In this document: piece by piece, positions 1 through 14,150 of the stretch
Numbering within the stretch: position 1 is the stretch's first letter
Layout: each line of letters opens with the position of its first letter
Origin: Eledone cirrhosa
Taxonomy: Eukaryota
DNA: 64,000 nt
Direction of reading: 5' to 3'
NCBI GenBank assembly: GCA_964016885.1
Contig: OZ024747.1
Location: 31,124,001 to 31,188,000, forward strand
Program-made: the position numbers and the translations under genes
Notes under the pieces: model-generated
Database searches by the model: none
What the model was told of the DNA's origin: nothing
The model's input: the letters and a program-made list of their open reading frames with translations, nothing else

Positions 1-13
1 ATGTTTGCAAATA

Positions 14-230
14 ATAGTTTCTGATTTAGGCACAAGGACACTATTGGGGAAGAGGAACGTGGATCAAATTTACCCCAGTGCATTACTGGTACTTTATTTT
101 ATTGACCCCGTAAGGATGAAAGGCAAAGCTAACATCGGCGAAATTTGAACTCAGAACATAATGGGCTGTAACTCTATGCTGCAAAGCATAGCATCTGACA
201 TTCTAATGATACTGCCAATCCACTGCCCTT
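14..230 (-). mobile_element. tRNA-derived SINE, family 1
   Basis: Reverse complement of the recurring GAGTTCAAAT..GCCTTTCATCCTTACGGGGTCGATAAAATAAAGTACCAG..CCTTGTGCC(T/A)AAA..AGAAAC unit; B-box-like GTTCAAAT. Confidence 0.75.
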
Positions 231-1369
231 GTTTCAAATAATGAAATGTTGTTTGTACTGTTATTGCTGTTTGTATTATATATGATTTAAATTTATGTTC
301 TCTACATTGTTCGTTTTTGCTTTCCATTGTGCTAATGTAAGCACTGTTTAATTTTCACATTGTATTTGTTTTACTTTCTTAAAATCTATATTCATGTTTA
401 AATGTAATTGCGAAGTGTCTGTTTACATTAATGAGGCTACTGCAAACATCACTGTAGCAAATACCTCTTCCTGCTTCTTCTGATTTAGGCATCATTCAAT
501 GTATTAAATATCATAAATGTACCAAGTTTATAACTGGTAAGAGTACAATGATTAACAAACCTTTTTTCCACACCCAGAATAATGTGGTGGACATAAAAAT
601 ATTCTGAAGACTTTTGCTGGTATAACAAACCAAAACCAATCTTTTTAATAATGTAATCCTGATTAAAATCTATTATTTTGTGGAAGCCCTGACAAAAAAG
701 ATTATTTCTTTTTGCATCAACAGTCAGTGAAGATAACAATGACAACGATAATAATGATAATATAATAATAGTAGTAGTAGTAACAATAATATTAATAACA
801 GTAATAATAATATTAATTGTGACACCAAGCTGAAAAAACTCATGAATTCTTTATGTGTCTACATTTGCCCAGAATACAAGAAGACAATGCCATCTGCACT
901 CTCACTTTTTCATTGCTTTCTAAAAACAAAGGCGTTAAAGGCATAAATGTATTTATGAGTGCACACAATATTTTATGCAATATTCTATTGTTATAACTTT
1001 TCAACAGGCAATCCATTGAATATGCTATACAGCTAGCAAAATATAATAAATAAGTTTCGTTTTCATCTTGTTATTTACAGAATATGACTGATCATATTAT
1101 TATAAGCCAATGACAAATGAATCCTTCTTCCTTCTCGTCCAAGAAAAGAATGAGTAATTACATCTAAATTTAGCATCTTTTAATCTATGTTGTGTGTTAT
1201 TTGGCAATTATTAGAATCATGAGTGCCCTCTTGAAAAGTAATTAATCTTAAAATTTCTTTTTGTTGCAAACAGGATTTCTACAGGTCGTTTTAGGTTAGT
1301 CTCTTTGATATAAAATGATGAACAGCAAACTTAAAATCATCACCAAAAACATGCCAAAGACAGAAACAC

Positions 1370-1940
1370 TATGTAGTTACTCACCCAAATTCCATCATAG
1401 AATACCCTACAGTGATATGAATAGTATCTGGCACATTGAAATCTACACCTACTCAGTGGCTGCCTAGCTTTTCTCATATTGCTCCTTCTCACATCAGGAG
1501 ATGTTCTGTGAGCCAGAATTTCTTACTAAGTCCAAGCCCCAAATCACCATCCATGAAAACCTAGAAAACCTCCCCAACATGCACTTTAAATCATGCAAAC
1601 GCTTCTGGGAATCAATAACTTTGATCTGAAGGAAGAGTGGCAAATATCATGGAATAAGTCCAAATTTGTCAACCTTATCCAGGACCCCACATGTAAACAA
1701 GCTGGCTTTGACCTTTCTAGAAAAAAATGGGTGACCCTTAATCAGAAAAATGGAAAATGAAAGACAGCCCATCATGTGATTGTGAGGACCCTAACTAGTA
1801 ATGCATGTTGCCCCCGCAGATGTTTTCCTGGCAGCCGGGAGGCAATCTATAATACTACAAATGATGCCTTAGTCTGGCTCACCAATTTTAATCTGTCTCT
1901 CTAACCATTGAGCATATGTCATACGATAAGAAAAGAAGTG
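1370..1940 (+). mobile_element. Decayed 3' fragment of a non-LTR retrotransposon (RTEX-like)
   Basis: Broken translation with GFDLSRKKWVTLN and CDC motifs; ends CATACGATAAGAAAAGAAG. Confidence 0.45.
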
Positions 1941-3529
1941 TTATGAAAATAAGAACACAATGGATGATGTACAAAATCAAGGGGTTGATGACTGGAATGT
2001 ATATGATTATAGGACTGCTCAATCAGAGCTGAACAACATTGCCATAATGCCTTTTGCCAACATTTGTACTGTAGAAGAAAAAACAAATTCTTCAAACATT
2101 ATCAATATATACACTGAGGTCGATTTGTGTGTTTTTGTATCTTGTGTATTTGTACATGTACAGACAGTTCTTGAAGCCAATAAATCAAAGACAACAACTA
2201 ATGATAACCTATATAAAGTATTACAATAGAATTTACTAAAAAGATGACATAGAAAAGTCAATGAAGTCAATGAAATCTGCCATGAGGAAGAAAAAAATAT
2301 AATCTGTGAATCAGTTCATATTGCTTACAGCAGTAAAGAGATGAAAAGTTTCTGTTTTAATAAAGCAACCTTTGAAGACTCTAATTGATTTAACTTATCA
2401 ACCATTATTTAGCTAATAGGTGCTTTTTAGCCGAACCTATTTCAATGCAAGTATTAAGGACCATGTGTCCACTTTCAGGATAACTGAAATGTTTGGCAAT
2501 GGGGACTACCTTCTAGAGTGGCACCCCAGTTATGGGAACTTAATTGATTGATTGGATACTCCCATGCACTGCTTTCTATTGCAGCAAACCAAGATGATTT
2601 GTTTCTACCCTGTTACCAGTCTTGGAGGCTCTATAAAAGGTCATGGCTATTTTCTTTCCTCCTTAAAATTGATATAATCTTTTACTGATTATTTATGAGA
2701 TAAACAAACAAAGTGGAAATGTTAAGACAGAGGAGCATGTTTCGATTATGAACTTCTATTTTAAGCAATGAAAGCCAAACAAGTTAGACTACTTATTTCT
2801 GAAAACTAGGCTACCTATATCTGAAAATATATAGTAAACAATCTCTTGAGACTAATTAAAGTGTTAGCAATTTGTATATATGTCTTTTATAATACACCTG
2901 CCAAAACAATATAATTCTTAGTGGAATCTCTTATCACCTTTGGTATGTAGCCAAATATTGATAAAAACTAGCCATTTTGCTGATTGGGTTTATACAGATT
3001 TTAGATAAAAAAAAGTAAAGGTCTACATAAAAGAGAGATAAAAAATAATAGTAAAAAAAAAAAAAAGAAATAGATTAGAGACTAACCCCGTTAGTTATTC
3101 CAACAATTTTCACAGTTTCTAAATTTTACTGTCTAGTAAGCATTACAAATATATACATATATGTGTGTGTGTGCATGTGTGAGAGTGTGTGTGTTCATAG
3201 TGCGTACATATGTAATAGAAATGCAAATGTTCAAATTAGATATTAATGTTGCTACTAGAAAAGCACCAATCCAACCGTGGCTGCTTTCATAAAAATCAAC
3301 AAATACTGCCTCAAATCATTTCATCCAGAAATACAGACTGTGAAGGTCTAGAAACATTGAAGAATCTAGAAATTGTACCATGTCAAGCAAACAATACATA
3401 GTCTACCAAACAAATACAAACTTCAGTGTAGACTCATTACAAAGCATAACAAGCCACATCTCCAAGTGTGTTGGCTTGAATTACTATTAGAGGAAAACTT
3501 CATTGGCCCATGTTGCATGTGATTAAGCC

Positions 3530-3670
3530 TGTGTGTGTGTGAGCATATGTGATTAAGTGTGTGAATATGTGTATGTGTGTATATGTGAGTGTGTGTATGT
3601 GTGTGTGCATGTGATTTACGATGTGTGTATGTGAGTGTGCACGTGTGTGTATTTGTGTGTGCGTGTGTGC
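3530..3670. repeat. Degenerate (GT)n microsatellite
   Basis: Visible GT/AT dinucleotide run. Confidence 0.9.
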
Positions 3671-4169
3671 ATCTTTTCAATTTTCACTATTTAAAAAAAA
3701 TATAAATTGAGTATATTTACATACATTCTATTGCCATTGTTGTTGTTGTTGATGCTGTTGTTATTACAGTGTTGCATGTTGTCAGAATGGGTGCAGTTCT
3801 TAATTTACAAGCCATGGATGTACTTGTGTCATGAAACTCAATGACAACTGGTTGCACAAATATAATAATATTTAATTTCACTTATTGTTTTGTTTATTTT
3901 ATTTTGGTTTTTATTGTTTATTTTATTTTAGTATTAATCACCTCACCAATCACCTATAACTTATACTTGCATTAATACTACTCGTCGTTATCATTATTTA
4001 TTAATTTATTCAATATAAACTTTAAACTATCTCAATGCAAACATCTTATTCTATTTCTAGTATGGAATTATAAACTTGTGTTGTTTCATTTTTAGTATTA
4101 ACTACATAACATAGAATCTTGTACATCATTTTCTTTGTAATTCCATTAATTTTATTCCTTTATCCTACT

Positions 4170-4482
4170 TGTAGCGCTCTCTAGACAAAGGGAAGTAGCT
4201 AGAGTTACTTCCCATAGAATTTCTAGAATATTCCTTGAACTTCCGTTCCAGAGATTATAAAAGAAAGGTCAAAGGGCAATCTCTCTCTTTTTTACCAGCA
4301 GGCTGACCACACCAAGCACAGATATGTTAAGCTTTTTCTAATCCTATCTTGTATCTCAGGATTACACCATATCATGGCATGAGGTACATTTTACTACTAA
4401 AATTGTAACAAGCACACTTCAATAAATACAAGTCGTTATTGATACTCGTTTCTGAAATATTCGTCATGCTTCAATTATTACA
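4170..4482 (+). mobile_element. Possible solo LTR
   Basis: Starts TGTA and ends TACA; internal TATAAAA (~4256) and AATAAA (~4422); no matching target-site duplication. Confidence 0.4.
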
Positions 4483-4817
4483 TCGTCATTTCTTTTACAT
4501 CTTCTAAACAAATTAAATTAGTGGTTGGCATGTAGTGGTATTTACTGGATAGATAACCCTATGGCCATTTACTAAATCAATATTTATTCATTATAAAATT
4601 CAAAGTGTCTTATCAACATCTTATAAATGCTTAAGTCATTAAGATGAAATAATAGAGACTTCCTTGTTTGATAATTTACATGGCAAAACATATCCAGTAC
4701 ATTCTGGAAAGTGGCTGTTAATAGGAATGGCATCCAGCCATAGAAAAGCTGCTAACAGAGAGTTGGTAGGAATCTTCAGCTGTACCATACATATGATAAC
4801 CTTCCTAGTGTTGTCAT

Positions 4818-5125
4818 GTAGCTTATTGGTTAGAGAATTGTGCTCACAACCGTAAGGTTGTGAGTTTGTGAGTTTGCATTCTGGACCAGGACGTATGTTG
4901 TGTTCTTGAACAAAACACTTTATTTCTTATTGCTCCAGTTCATTTAGCTGTAGAAACGAGTTTTGACATAACTGGTGCCATTGCCTTTCCATTGGATAAC
5001 ATCAGTGGCATGGAGAGAGGAGACTGGCTGGGTGACTGCTGGTTTTCCACAAAGACACCTTTCCCAGGCTTGTGCCTCAGATGGGAACTTTCCATGTGCA
5101 CAACTATGGTCATTCATGAGCAAAG
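4818..5125 (+). mobile_element. tRNA-derived SINE, family 2 (long form)
   Basis: GGTTAGAG..GTTGTGAGTT head and GTGTTCTTGA(A/G)CAA..CACTTTATTTC..TTGCTCCAGT body; matches 29130-29425 on the opposite strand. Confidence 0.65.
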
Positions 5126-5330
5126 GGGGCCCATGATACAAGTGTTGGTGATCTACATGATAAAAGATCACCCAGTACACTCAGAAAAGGGGTTGGTGTT
5201 AGGAAGGGCAATCAGCTGTAGAAAACTTGATGAACAAAGAGCTGTTGTGAAAACTCTTCAGGTATGCTATGAAATAACTTCCCAAGTATTGGTGCCATGA
5301 TAAAATGCACTCAGTAAGGTGTATGATCAT

Positions 5331-5530
5331 ATGTCAGGCCTTCAGCCCACATGGAAGTTAAAGGTTCCTCTTGAAATCTAACCAGTTTGTGACAAGTTGA
5401 ATCATTGCTAACAAGAAAAATGGATATTAAATGTCAGGCCCTCGGTCCTTCTAGAAATGAATGGTTCTACTTGAATACTAACTGGTTTGTGACATGTTGA
5501 ACCCTTGCTAGCAAGAAAAATAGATGTTAA
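5331..5530 (+). repeat. Two-copy ~100-bp tandem duplication ending in an RTE-tail-like sequence
   Basis: ATGTCAGGCC.. begins at 5331 and 5431; both copies end ..GCTA(A/G)CAAGAAAAAT(G/A)GAT(A/G)TTAA. Confidence 0.7.
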
Positions 5531-5748
5531 ATAATGATGCTGAAACACTTAGATCTATCCCAATCTTTATTGTATATTCTCTTATATTCTAAATATCAAT
5601 GATAACCTTCAGAACACTGTTTAGTTGTAAAGAAATCAAGACCATGGCTAACTTTCAATTCCAATGTATTAACTTTTTTCAAACCTATAACAGCCAGACA
5701 TACTATAACCTTTTCTTTACCATCTTCTCTGTCTATTTATCTTATATA

Positions 5749-5946
5749 TGAGGGTCGGCTGAAAAGTTCATAGGCTGACTATGAAGGAGTGATGCTAGAG
5801 CTGTAAAATCTTGCATGCATTAATTTCAACTCTTCTTATTAATAACTGCATTGTTTCTTTCCAGGGACTACATTGAAAAGTAAACCGCATTTGATCATTC
5901 CATGAGAGTATCTTAGTCAGCCTATGAACTTTTCAGCTAACCATTA
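5749..5946. mobile_element. Mariner-type MITE
   Basis: TIRs TGAGGGTCGGCTGAAAAGTTCATAGGCTGAC / GTCAGCCTATGAACTTTTCAGCTAACCATTA, flanked by TA on both sides. Confidence 0.8.
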
Positions 5947-6984
5947 TACTCAAATATAAGCCAATTTGACCATAAGCTGCACCGCTCCCATTTTACCATT
6001 GACTTTTTTGCCACACATTCCTCGGTTTATGTTCGTGTTTATATAGTAATTAAACAGATGATCCAGTTTAATTTCAAATACAATGTTTTTTTGAAAGAAA
6101 ACTAATGCTTTAGGTACTTTCCAAAGTGATAGCATTGATAAAACTGCCTAGCTTTTCTATCTTTATAAACCAAAGATCAACAGAATATATAACCAATACA
6201 GATGCCATTTAAGTGAAGTAAAACAATAATCCTTAGGTTAGTAAATAGATAAACATTTAGTTCCTTAGCAACAGCTTACTGTTATATGAAATAAAAGAAA
6301 TACACTTGTCATTTTCAGGTGTTTTAGAAATATATTTGGATCTTACATCTAAGGATAAATTTGTTATCTCCAGCAAAATGTCAGAAGGGATCCAACAAAT
6401 TACTTTAAACATTCATTTCATAATACAAGCCAAGAGATATGTGATCATTAGATCTGCTACAAATAGCAGCTAAATCTCCTGCAAATAACAACCTGCTATC
6501 TTAAAAATAGATAATTATATTAGTTGCTGTAGTGCTGGATATGCATAGGTGTGCATTTCATCAAATATTTTTCTCAATCAGAGCTAGTTTGGCCCTAAGC
6601 ATTACTAACAACAATAACACTGTGCAATTAACAAGAGTACTGCAATGATCATCACTGTATCTAGAAGAAGATATATGCAGTTGTTTAGCACAACTGAAAG
6701 CAAAATAAGCAACCAGCTCTGTGTTTTAGCTGTTTAACACAACTGAAAATAAACTAAACCACTAGCCCTGAGTTTTATAATTGGAGCTACAGTCTGACTA
6801 GATTAACTAAAGTCAGGAAGTTACATGATTTCTAATTTTGGATGATTCCTGCAGTTGAATGTCCTTTCTAACACCAACCACAGATTGCATAGAGTTCATT
6901 TTATCATGGCACCAGCGATACTAATTAAAAAATAATTTTGTTGTCCTTAATTCCATTTTCCCTTGGCTGGCACTAAATACACGC

Positions 6985-7135
6985 ATAGTTAAAAAAGTTA
7001 CTTTGCATCTATGTGATGTCTGCTTTAATCCCACTGCATGACATCTTGGGCAATCATCTTCTCCTAGAGCTTTAAATTAACTAATACATTGTGAGTGAAC
7101 TTGGTAAATGGAAACTGTGTGGAAAACTATCATGT
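6985..7135 (+). mobile_element. Decayed tRNA-derived SINE, family 3
   Basis: ATCCCACTGCATGACATCTTGGGCAA..TTGTGAGTGAACTTGGTAAATGGAAACTG; similar copies near 25495 and 40465. Confidence 0.5.
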
Positions 7136-7839
7136 GTGTGTTTGTGCATGTGTATGGATGTGTATGCATATGTTTATGTGTGTGTAAGCATATGTTTATA
7201 TGTTTATGTGTGTAGCTGTCTCTGTTTATATTTTTGTGGAACAGTTTAAGCAAACCATGCTGTTTATATACCTCTTAACAGTTCAATGAAGATTAATGGA
7301 AACAAGTGCCATACATAAAAGAATAATTTATGGTTTGACACCAGAAAGGGTACCTAACTGGCTGTATAAATCTGCCTCAAAACCTTTTTATCCAATCCAT
7401 GCCAGCATGGAAAACTGAACGTGATGATGATGAATCTAATTGGATAGTAAAAAATATAAAGCAAATTAAGAAAAAGCTGAAAAATTGGAATTTTTGTCCT
7501 GTCCTTAATCTTAGTGAAAGGAATTTGAATTATGTCACAATAAAGCTAACTGACGTAATACAAGACTGTCAGGCTTTAGGCTGGATATTATTATCATAAT
7601 ACCAACAAAAAATGTTTTTTTTTTCTTTATGTGTCATATACCTGGAAATGAATATCTGTTAATTCCACTCACATCATCATTTAACAGCAGTTATGCCTAG
7701 CAGGCTAAAACCTTAGGTTTTTAGAACAATTTGTTTGTATCAGAATATGAAGATGTTAAGAGATTTTACTGCAAAGAGCGTTTATTTCTACAACAAAACG
7801 AATGAATACTGAACCAATGAAAAGGCCGTATTGTTTGTG

Positions 7840-8265
7840 TTTACCATGAAAAAAAGTACCCAGTCCACCTTGTAATGTGATCATGTTGGTGTCATGACAA
7901 AAAGCACCCAGTCCACCCTGTAATGGGGTCGTTTTGGTGCCACAATAAAAAGCACTGAGTCCACACTGTGAAGTGGTTGTGTTGGTAATATGGCAAAAAG
8001 TTCCCAGTTCAAACTGTAAACTGGTCATGTTGGTGTTACAACAAAAAGTGCTCAGTCCACCCTGTAATGTGGTCATTTTGGTGCCATGATAAAAAGCATC
8101 CAGTCCATATAGTAAATGGCCTCCAGCCATAGAAACCAAGCCAGAAACAGTTCAGTATGAGCAAAACACAGTCATCTGAGTTGTCTTGTCTCACAATGGA
8201 ACAACTCATCTAACACATGCCAGCATGGGAAAATGTATGCATGATGATGATGATGATGATGATGA
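7840..8265 (+). mobile_element. Non-autonomous RTE-tail element with a ~39-bp tandem array
   Basis: About 7 units of AAAAAGCACCCAGTCCAC(A/C)CTGTAA.GTGGTC.T.TTGGTG, then CCAGCCATAGAAA, CATGCCAGCATGG and a (GAT)n tail. Confidence 0.7.
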
Positions 8266-11045
8266 TAAAATCTCTCCGCCAAATTACACTCTCTAATCTC
8301 AAATAAAAAAAATAACACCTTCGTCATATTCTGTATTTTTTCAATTAATAATTACTTTTTATTTTGTAGTTGTATGTGTTTGGCATGTAAGTTGATCTGA
8401 GAATACGTGTTGAAACAGAAATAATTAGATTGTTAGGGAGCCATTTAAGACATTCACTCCTCTATTTACTTTGTTTAGTTTACATTAATAATGTATCAAA
8501 TATGTGTAGTCCTACATCCTACTTCAAGACACAATTTAATATAATCATCACCATTATCACTTTTAAGTCTGCTTTTCAATAAAACCATGGTTTGGATCAG
8601 ACTTTTTGAAGAATTCTTTAAACCAGAATTACTCGTTTAGTTTACATATCCAGACCCCAATCCATCCTATTTATTTTATGTATGAGATTTCTGAGTAATG
8701 TACTTTTTTTGTCATGTACAAAGTTTTTTAATGTATAAATAAAATTAAATGTCAAAGGAATTCTACCATTTAAAACAAAATTTTGCCAGAGATAGATTAG
8801 ATTGACAAATTAATAAGCAGTGGGAGAGACGATTATTCAAGACCCAAGAGTATGTTTAAAAATAAACCCCATTTAGCCATTGCATGGGAAGATCTTGGTC
8901 AGCCTATGAAATTTTCAAATGACCCTCGTAATATTGGTAACATCAAGGTTCTTGTTTTACCCTCAGTACTTTCACAATATTTGGTTAAGCAAGGAACACA
9001 AAATAACAAAATGTCACCATTTAAAATTTGTGATTTCTAGTGATTTATAATAAATAAATTAGTAGATTAATGATAAATTAATTAGTGGATATACTCACTA
9101 TTCTCCGCCATGAAATAGGGAGAAATCTTCAAATTTTAATCTAATCCGTTGTTTTGGTTTCCCTTGTAGCTTATAATAGCAAAATAAGTTGTCTGGATAT
9201 ATGCCAGGGTATGTTGGTGATACTATGTACCCAGTAGGTTTGGTCTCGCCTCGCATTGTATAGCCACAGTATGTATCAGGGGCAACAGCACCGATATCAT
9301 AGACAGCTGAAAGGAAAAATGAAAAAAAAAAAAAAAATTAGTCATTGAATTCAATAAAAATAGAGATTTGCAAACAAACTTTTTAAAATCATAACAAAAC
9401 ATCAATAATAATAACACAATAACACAAATCAATATTAATAACAATAATTAATGTCAGGACCAATATTCAATGTCAAAGTTACCAAGGAAAATATTGATAT
9501 GTCTAAACTGAAGCCACTGACCAAATTGATTCTTCCTAGATATCTCTCACTTTATCACTCTGACTCTCAATGACAGGGATGGGCACTACCAGGTTTAAAT
9601 GGCACCCCTTTCACTTTATTAACGGTTAAGTGTTCATGGCATACATATATAGGTGTAACATGATGTAGTGGAGTTATATAGGCTTATATACTTATATAAT
9701 GGCCATTCAATTACTGAGTTGGAAACATGACATGTTTTACTTATGAAGTCAGAATAAGACTGAAACCTGTCCCAAGATGTTTGCTGTACTTGCTGAAAAC
9801 AGGAAAATGGTATAATTAAAAAGTTGTTTGTTTGTCTTTTATGTTTTTATATTCCTTACAGCAAAATTAATTTAATGGTCACTGTATTAAATATGTGGAC
9901 ACTAACTTAATTATAGCACACAATGGTTGTTATGCATTAATAGAGAATTATGACTAATGATATTTCTATTTAATTACAGTTTGATAGATTAGGTACAAAA
10001 GAATTAAATTCAATAAAAAGACACAAGGGATATCTTCTACAACTTCAAAAAGTATTGCTGTCTGAAGAATTGATAAATCTAATTTATATTTTCATTTAAT
10101 CAAAACATTACTACTTTCAGTTATTAAAAATGGCTTTATAGTGAATGAATTTAAATATACATTCGAGAGAAGCTACAGCATTTATAGCAAAAAATAATTG
10201 GCAAAAATAATAGTTTCTGATTTAGACACAAGGCCAACAATTTGTGGGGAGGGAAAAGTTGATTAAATTGACCACAGTAAATTACTGGTAATTTATTTTA
10301 TTGACCTCATAAGGCTGAAAGGCAATGTGTGTTGCTGGCTGTTCTCTATAGAAATGCCTTCCCCGTGTCGTGTAGTTTTAAAATCCAAGAATAAATTTAT
10401 TTGAAAATTAATATCAAGAATACAAACTATGAACACCATTCCTTCATCTTTCACTTCCACATACATTGTACAACTTCTACACTACTTACATTACTTCCAA
10501 CACTATTCATGCAATTATACCCTAGCTTATTTACTCTCCACATCTATCCTTCTCTGCCTCTTTATATCTATCACTCAACAACACTTCAAATATTTTTTTT
10601 CTTATTCAAAATGTTGCAGCCAAGTGAAATGAATACACGAACACACAAATACACACACATTCTCTTTCTCTCTCTCCAAAGAAAAATAAACAGTTGTGAC
10701 TTTAGACTTCTCTCTCACAATATTCCATTCTAACGAAATTATCATAAATAATAACGTTTCAAAACAAAATCATTAAAAAGTTTTTAAAATATATAAATAC
10801 TAAATCGAATACTTCATGTAAATAATATACTACCTATTCTTAACTTTTGTGATCTTTGACCAAAAACGATTGAATTTATTCTCTCACTAATTTCATTCAT
10901 AGCAAATGTACAATAAATGTTTTTAAAACATTGCAAAAAAGAACAACAAAAACCACATGAGAAGGTTAAACATCTTGTAACAGTGTTAAAGAGATACACA
11001 TGCTCTTTAATGCTACTTGGTCCAACAACATTATGTATATAGTAA

Positions 11046-11230
11046 AGGGTGGTGGATTGGCAGTATTGGTAGAGGGTCAGACACCATGCTTTCCAGCATA
11101 GTTACGTCCCTTTACGATCTGAGTTCAAATCCCGCCGAGGTTGACTTTGCCTTTCATCCTTACGGGGTCGATAAAATAAAGTACCAGTAATGCACTGGGT
11201 AATTGCTGGCCTTGTGCCTAAAGTAGAAAC
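11046..11230 (+). mobile_element. tRNA-derived SINE, family 1
   Basis: TGGCAGTATTGGTAGAG A-box-like, GAGTTCAAATCC B-box-like, conserved core and tail. Confidence 0.8.
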
Positions 11231-11574
11231 TCGATAAAAATATAAACTATTATGTATATAGTAAAGTGTCAATCATTCAGTTAAAACATAGGTTTGTATC
11301 ATATATAATATGATACAAGAGAGAAGCAGAAGGAGGAAATGAGTAGCTATGTAATTTTGAAAGCCAATTACAAATGATAATATATATCATTAGCCATCTC
11401 CAAGTACAAATGCACTTGAAAAGATAAAGTAAATTAGGCATTTTTACAAATTCAGATATTTGAATTAATTGGCAGAAAAGCACATTTTTTAAATGATTTT
11501 ATCTGAATAGTGAATGGCATTGTTTAAATCATATATATGTCAATACAAAATAGATGGGTGGGATGTATGATTAA

Positions 11575-12012
11575 GCTTTCAATGCTCCTCTATGGGTGTG
11601 AAACGTGGAGTGTGAAGACCAGCCAGGAAAACCAATTAGATGATTTTGACACTAAATGTCTATGGAACATTTTTGGCATCAGGTAGGATGATTTCATCAC
11701 AAACAAAGAAGTCCATCAATGAACTCACCAATAACGTGTGTCTAACATCATGTACAAGCATTGACTTGGCTGGTAAGGCCACATCACATGATGCCCATGT
11801 GAGAGACATACTAATCAGGTCCTGTATTGGTACCCCCATGGAAAGAGAGGAAGAGAACATTCTAAGATGAACTGGCAGTAGACAATCAACAAAGATTTGA
11901 AACTCATCAAGAAAATCTGGAATGATATATTAATAGATGCAACTGACCATGGTCATTAGAGCACTTTGGTTGCCTCCTGTGTCTCCAGATACAAGAGCTT
12001 CTAAGGTAAGGA
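11575..12012 (+). mobile_element. RTE LINE 3' fragment
   Basis: LLYGCETWSV..LDDFDTKCL..IFGI post-RT motif; TAAGG-type tail. Confidence 0.75.
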
Positions 12013-12718
12013 CGGACTGAGTGTAATGGTTAGCACTATACCTGAAGAGGAAATGGACACAATTTGGGTGATAAGACATAGAGAGACAAGTGAGTCAGCT
12101 ATGTCTGATGGCGGACAGCATGAGCGCAGCCCATTCTAGACAAGAAAAGACAGAGACAAGATATCATAGCAGTTGTCATGTTACCTTTTATCAAATACTG
12201 TCTAGTATCTTACATAAGAAGTCACTCATAATTCCAGTTGATCGAATACAAATGAGTCCGTATGTGTTATTATGACTTTAACATGATGTAAATAATGTTG
12301 TTTAACCTAAGGTCAAACTTGAATGAGTAAACCCACAAACAAAGGTATTCCAGCTGTGACTATACTCTCTTTTTCAGAGATAATCTAAGACTACATTATC
12401 AAATACATCCGTCATGTATGAAATTAGTGAAATATAGTTTGAGGAAGATTTAGCTACGTTTTCTATCATTTTGAAGGAACATGTGTTTTACAATTAGTTT
12501 CATGTTATTTTTATTTTTAAATTTTATTTTAGAATTCCCTGATAAAATGTTTGTTAGCCAAAGTTAGTCAAGTAATAGTTTATCTGGAATCACTCAAGAG
12601 CAAAATTAACTAGAAGTTTAGAATTGATAGAAAAGACATGTAAAAGAAATACGAATCAGCATCACCAGATTCATATTGATGTTTTTTATTAACTTCCATT
12701 ATCAAATACTAGTCATGT

Positions 12719-12862
12719 TTCTGGACTCCAGAATTAGCCGTCGAAACGGCTTGAGCTCTGCGTCGGGGTCATACTTGTTCCTTTTACCCACTCTACTACC
12801 CTAATTATTGAGTACTTTGGTGAATTATGGTCCATCTGGTTCCTTACCACATTTCTTTCGTT
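12719..12862 (+). mobile_element. Penelope pLTR-like fragment with the 3' half of a hammerhead
   Basis: GAAACGGC-TTGAGCTCT-GCGTC-GGGGTC; homologous to 50162-50270; abuts (TA)n. Confidence 0.5.
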
Positions 12863-13064
12863 ATATATATATATATATGTACACACACATATATATATAT
12901 GCCCCCTCATTATCGAGTATGGCCATTGCACGAAAAAAAAAAAATATATATATATATACACACATATATATACATGTGTACATATATATATATATACATA
13001 TACATACACCCACACATATACACACACACACATACACTTACATATACACTCATATATATTAACA

Positions 13065-14150
13065 ATTAATGGTGCTGCAATCGAATGTGGCTTTTTAGCC
13101 TAGCCAACTACCTAAAATGTCTTTCACAGAGTTGGCAACCAAAACATTCACTGGCAGTAGCCGGCTGTGGTTGGAATTCATGTACTTTTGCATGTCGTTT
13201 GAGCCCTTCTGCTGATCTACATTCTCTTCCACATGTTTGACAGGTATGATGAGTAGCATCTCCAACAGCAGCCTGGTAGTCAACCACTGGTCTCACTTTA
13301 TGACTGCGAAGATGACTTTTGAGTCCAGCTTTGCTGAGGCAGAGTCTCGCAGCATGTCAGTGCCATAGGAGGACCTTGACTGTCTGGAAATGCAACAGCA
13401 ATGCCTTTCCTCACATCCCTTTTTACTTTCTCGTATGCGATTCGAGATGTTTCAAGCAACTTTCCCCTCATGTACAGTCTTTCTCCATTTATTACGATCA
13501 GCAGAGATGTTAGCATCTTTCAAGGAGGCTTTCAACAAATCCTTATACCTCTTTTTTGGTTTATGTGGAGGTCGTTTGGAGAGTTATTTCGGTATTCTAG
13601 AATCCTTCATCCTGGCAAGGTGACTACTCCATCGGAGTCTTTGCTTAAGCACAAGAGCTTCTATACTTTCACACAGAGAGCTTTCCAAAATCTCAACATC
13701 ACTGATGTGGTCTCTCGAGTGAATGCCATGGATCCATCTGAGACACATCTGATGGGAATGCTCCAATTGTTTAAGATGGTGTCGATGTGTGAACCAGGTC
13801 TCGCAGGCACAAAGAAGAGAAGAGAGCACACAGGCCTTGTTCACCTTTACCTTTGTCTTCTTGCATATGTCTTGCTGACCCCAGAGACACCTTTCTAGCT
13901 TTCCAAAAGCATCACTTGCTTTCCTAATCCTGAGTGGAATTTCGTTATCAAGGTTGCTGTATCGACTGACAGTGCTTCCCAGGTTGACAAACCAATTAAC
14001 TACTCCAAGTCGTTTACCATACACATAGATATTTGGGTCACTGTACTGCTTACCAGGGGCAGTTTGGTACATGACAACAGTTTTCTTGAGACTGACAGTC
14101 AATCCTAGGGCAGTGCAAGCATCAGAGAATGCATTCAAAATGTGCTGCAT
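13065..14150 (-). mobile_element. RTE (BovB-like) LINE 3' fragment with C-terminal C2H2-like fingers
   Basis: ORF 13584-14357 gives GLTVSLKKTVVM..VNLGS..KASDAFGKL..LLCACETW..LRWSSHLARM; CQTCGRECRSAEGLKRHAKVH downstream. Confidence 0.85.

Noticed and set aside
1960-2229. 89-aa ORF as a host exon
   Set aside because: No recognisable domain or supporting gene structure
7840-8110. CRISPR-like regular array
   Set aside because: Degenerate tandem units without unique spacers, eukaryotic context, no cas genes
13401-13898. Long ORFs antisense to LINEs (also 15404-15968, 29749-30372, 55627-56140)
   Set aside because: Shadow frames of RTE coding sequence
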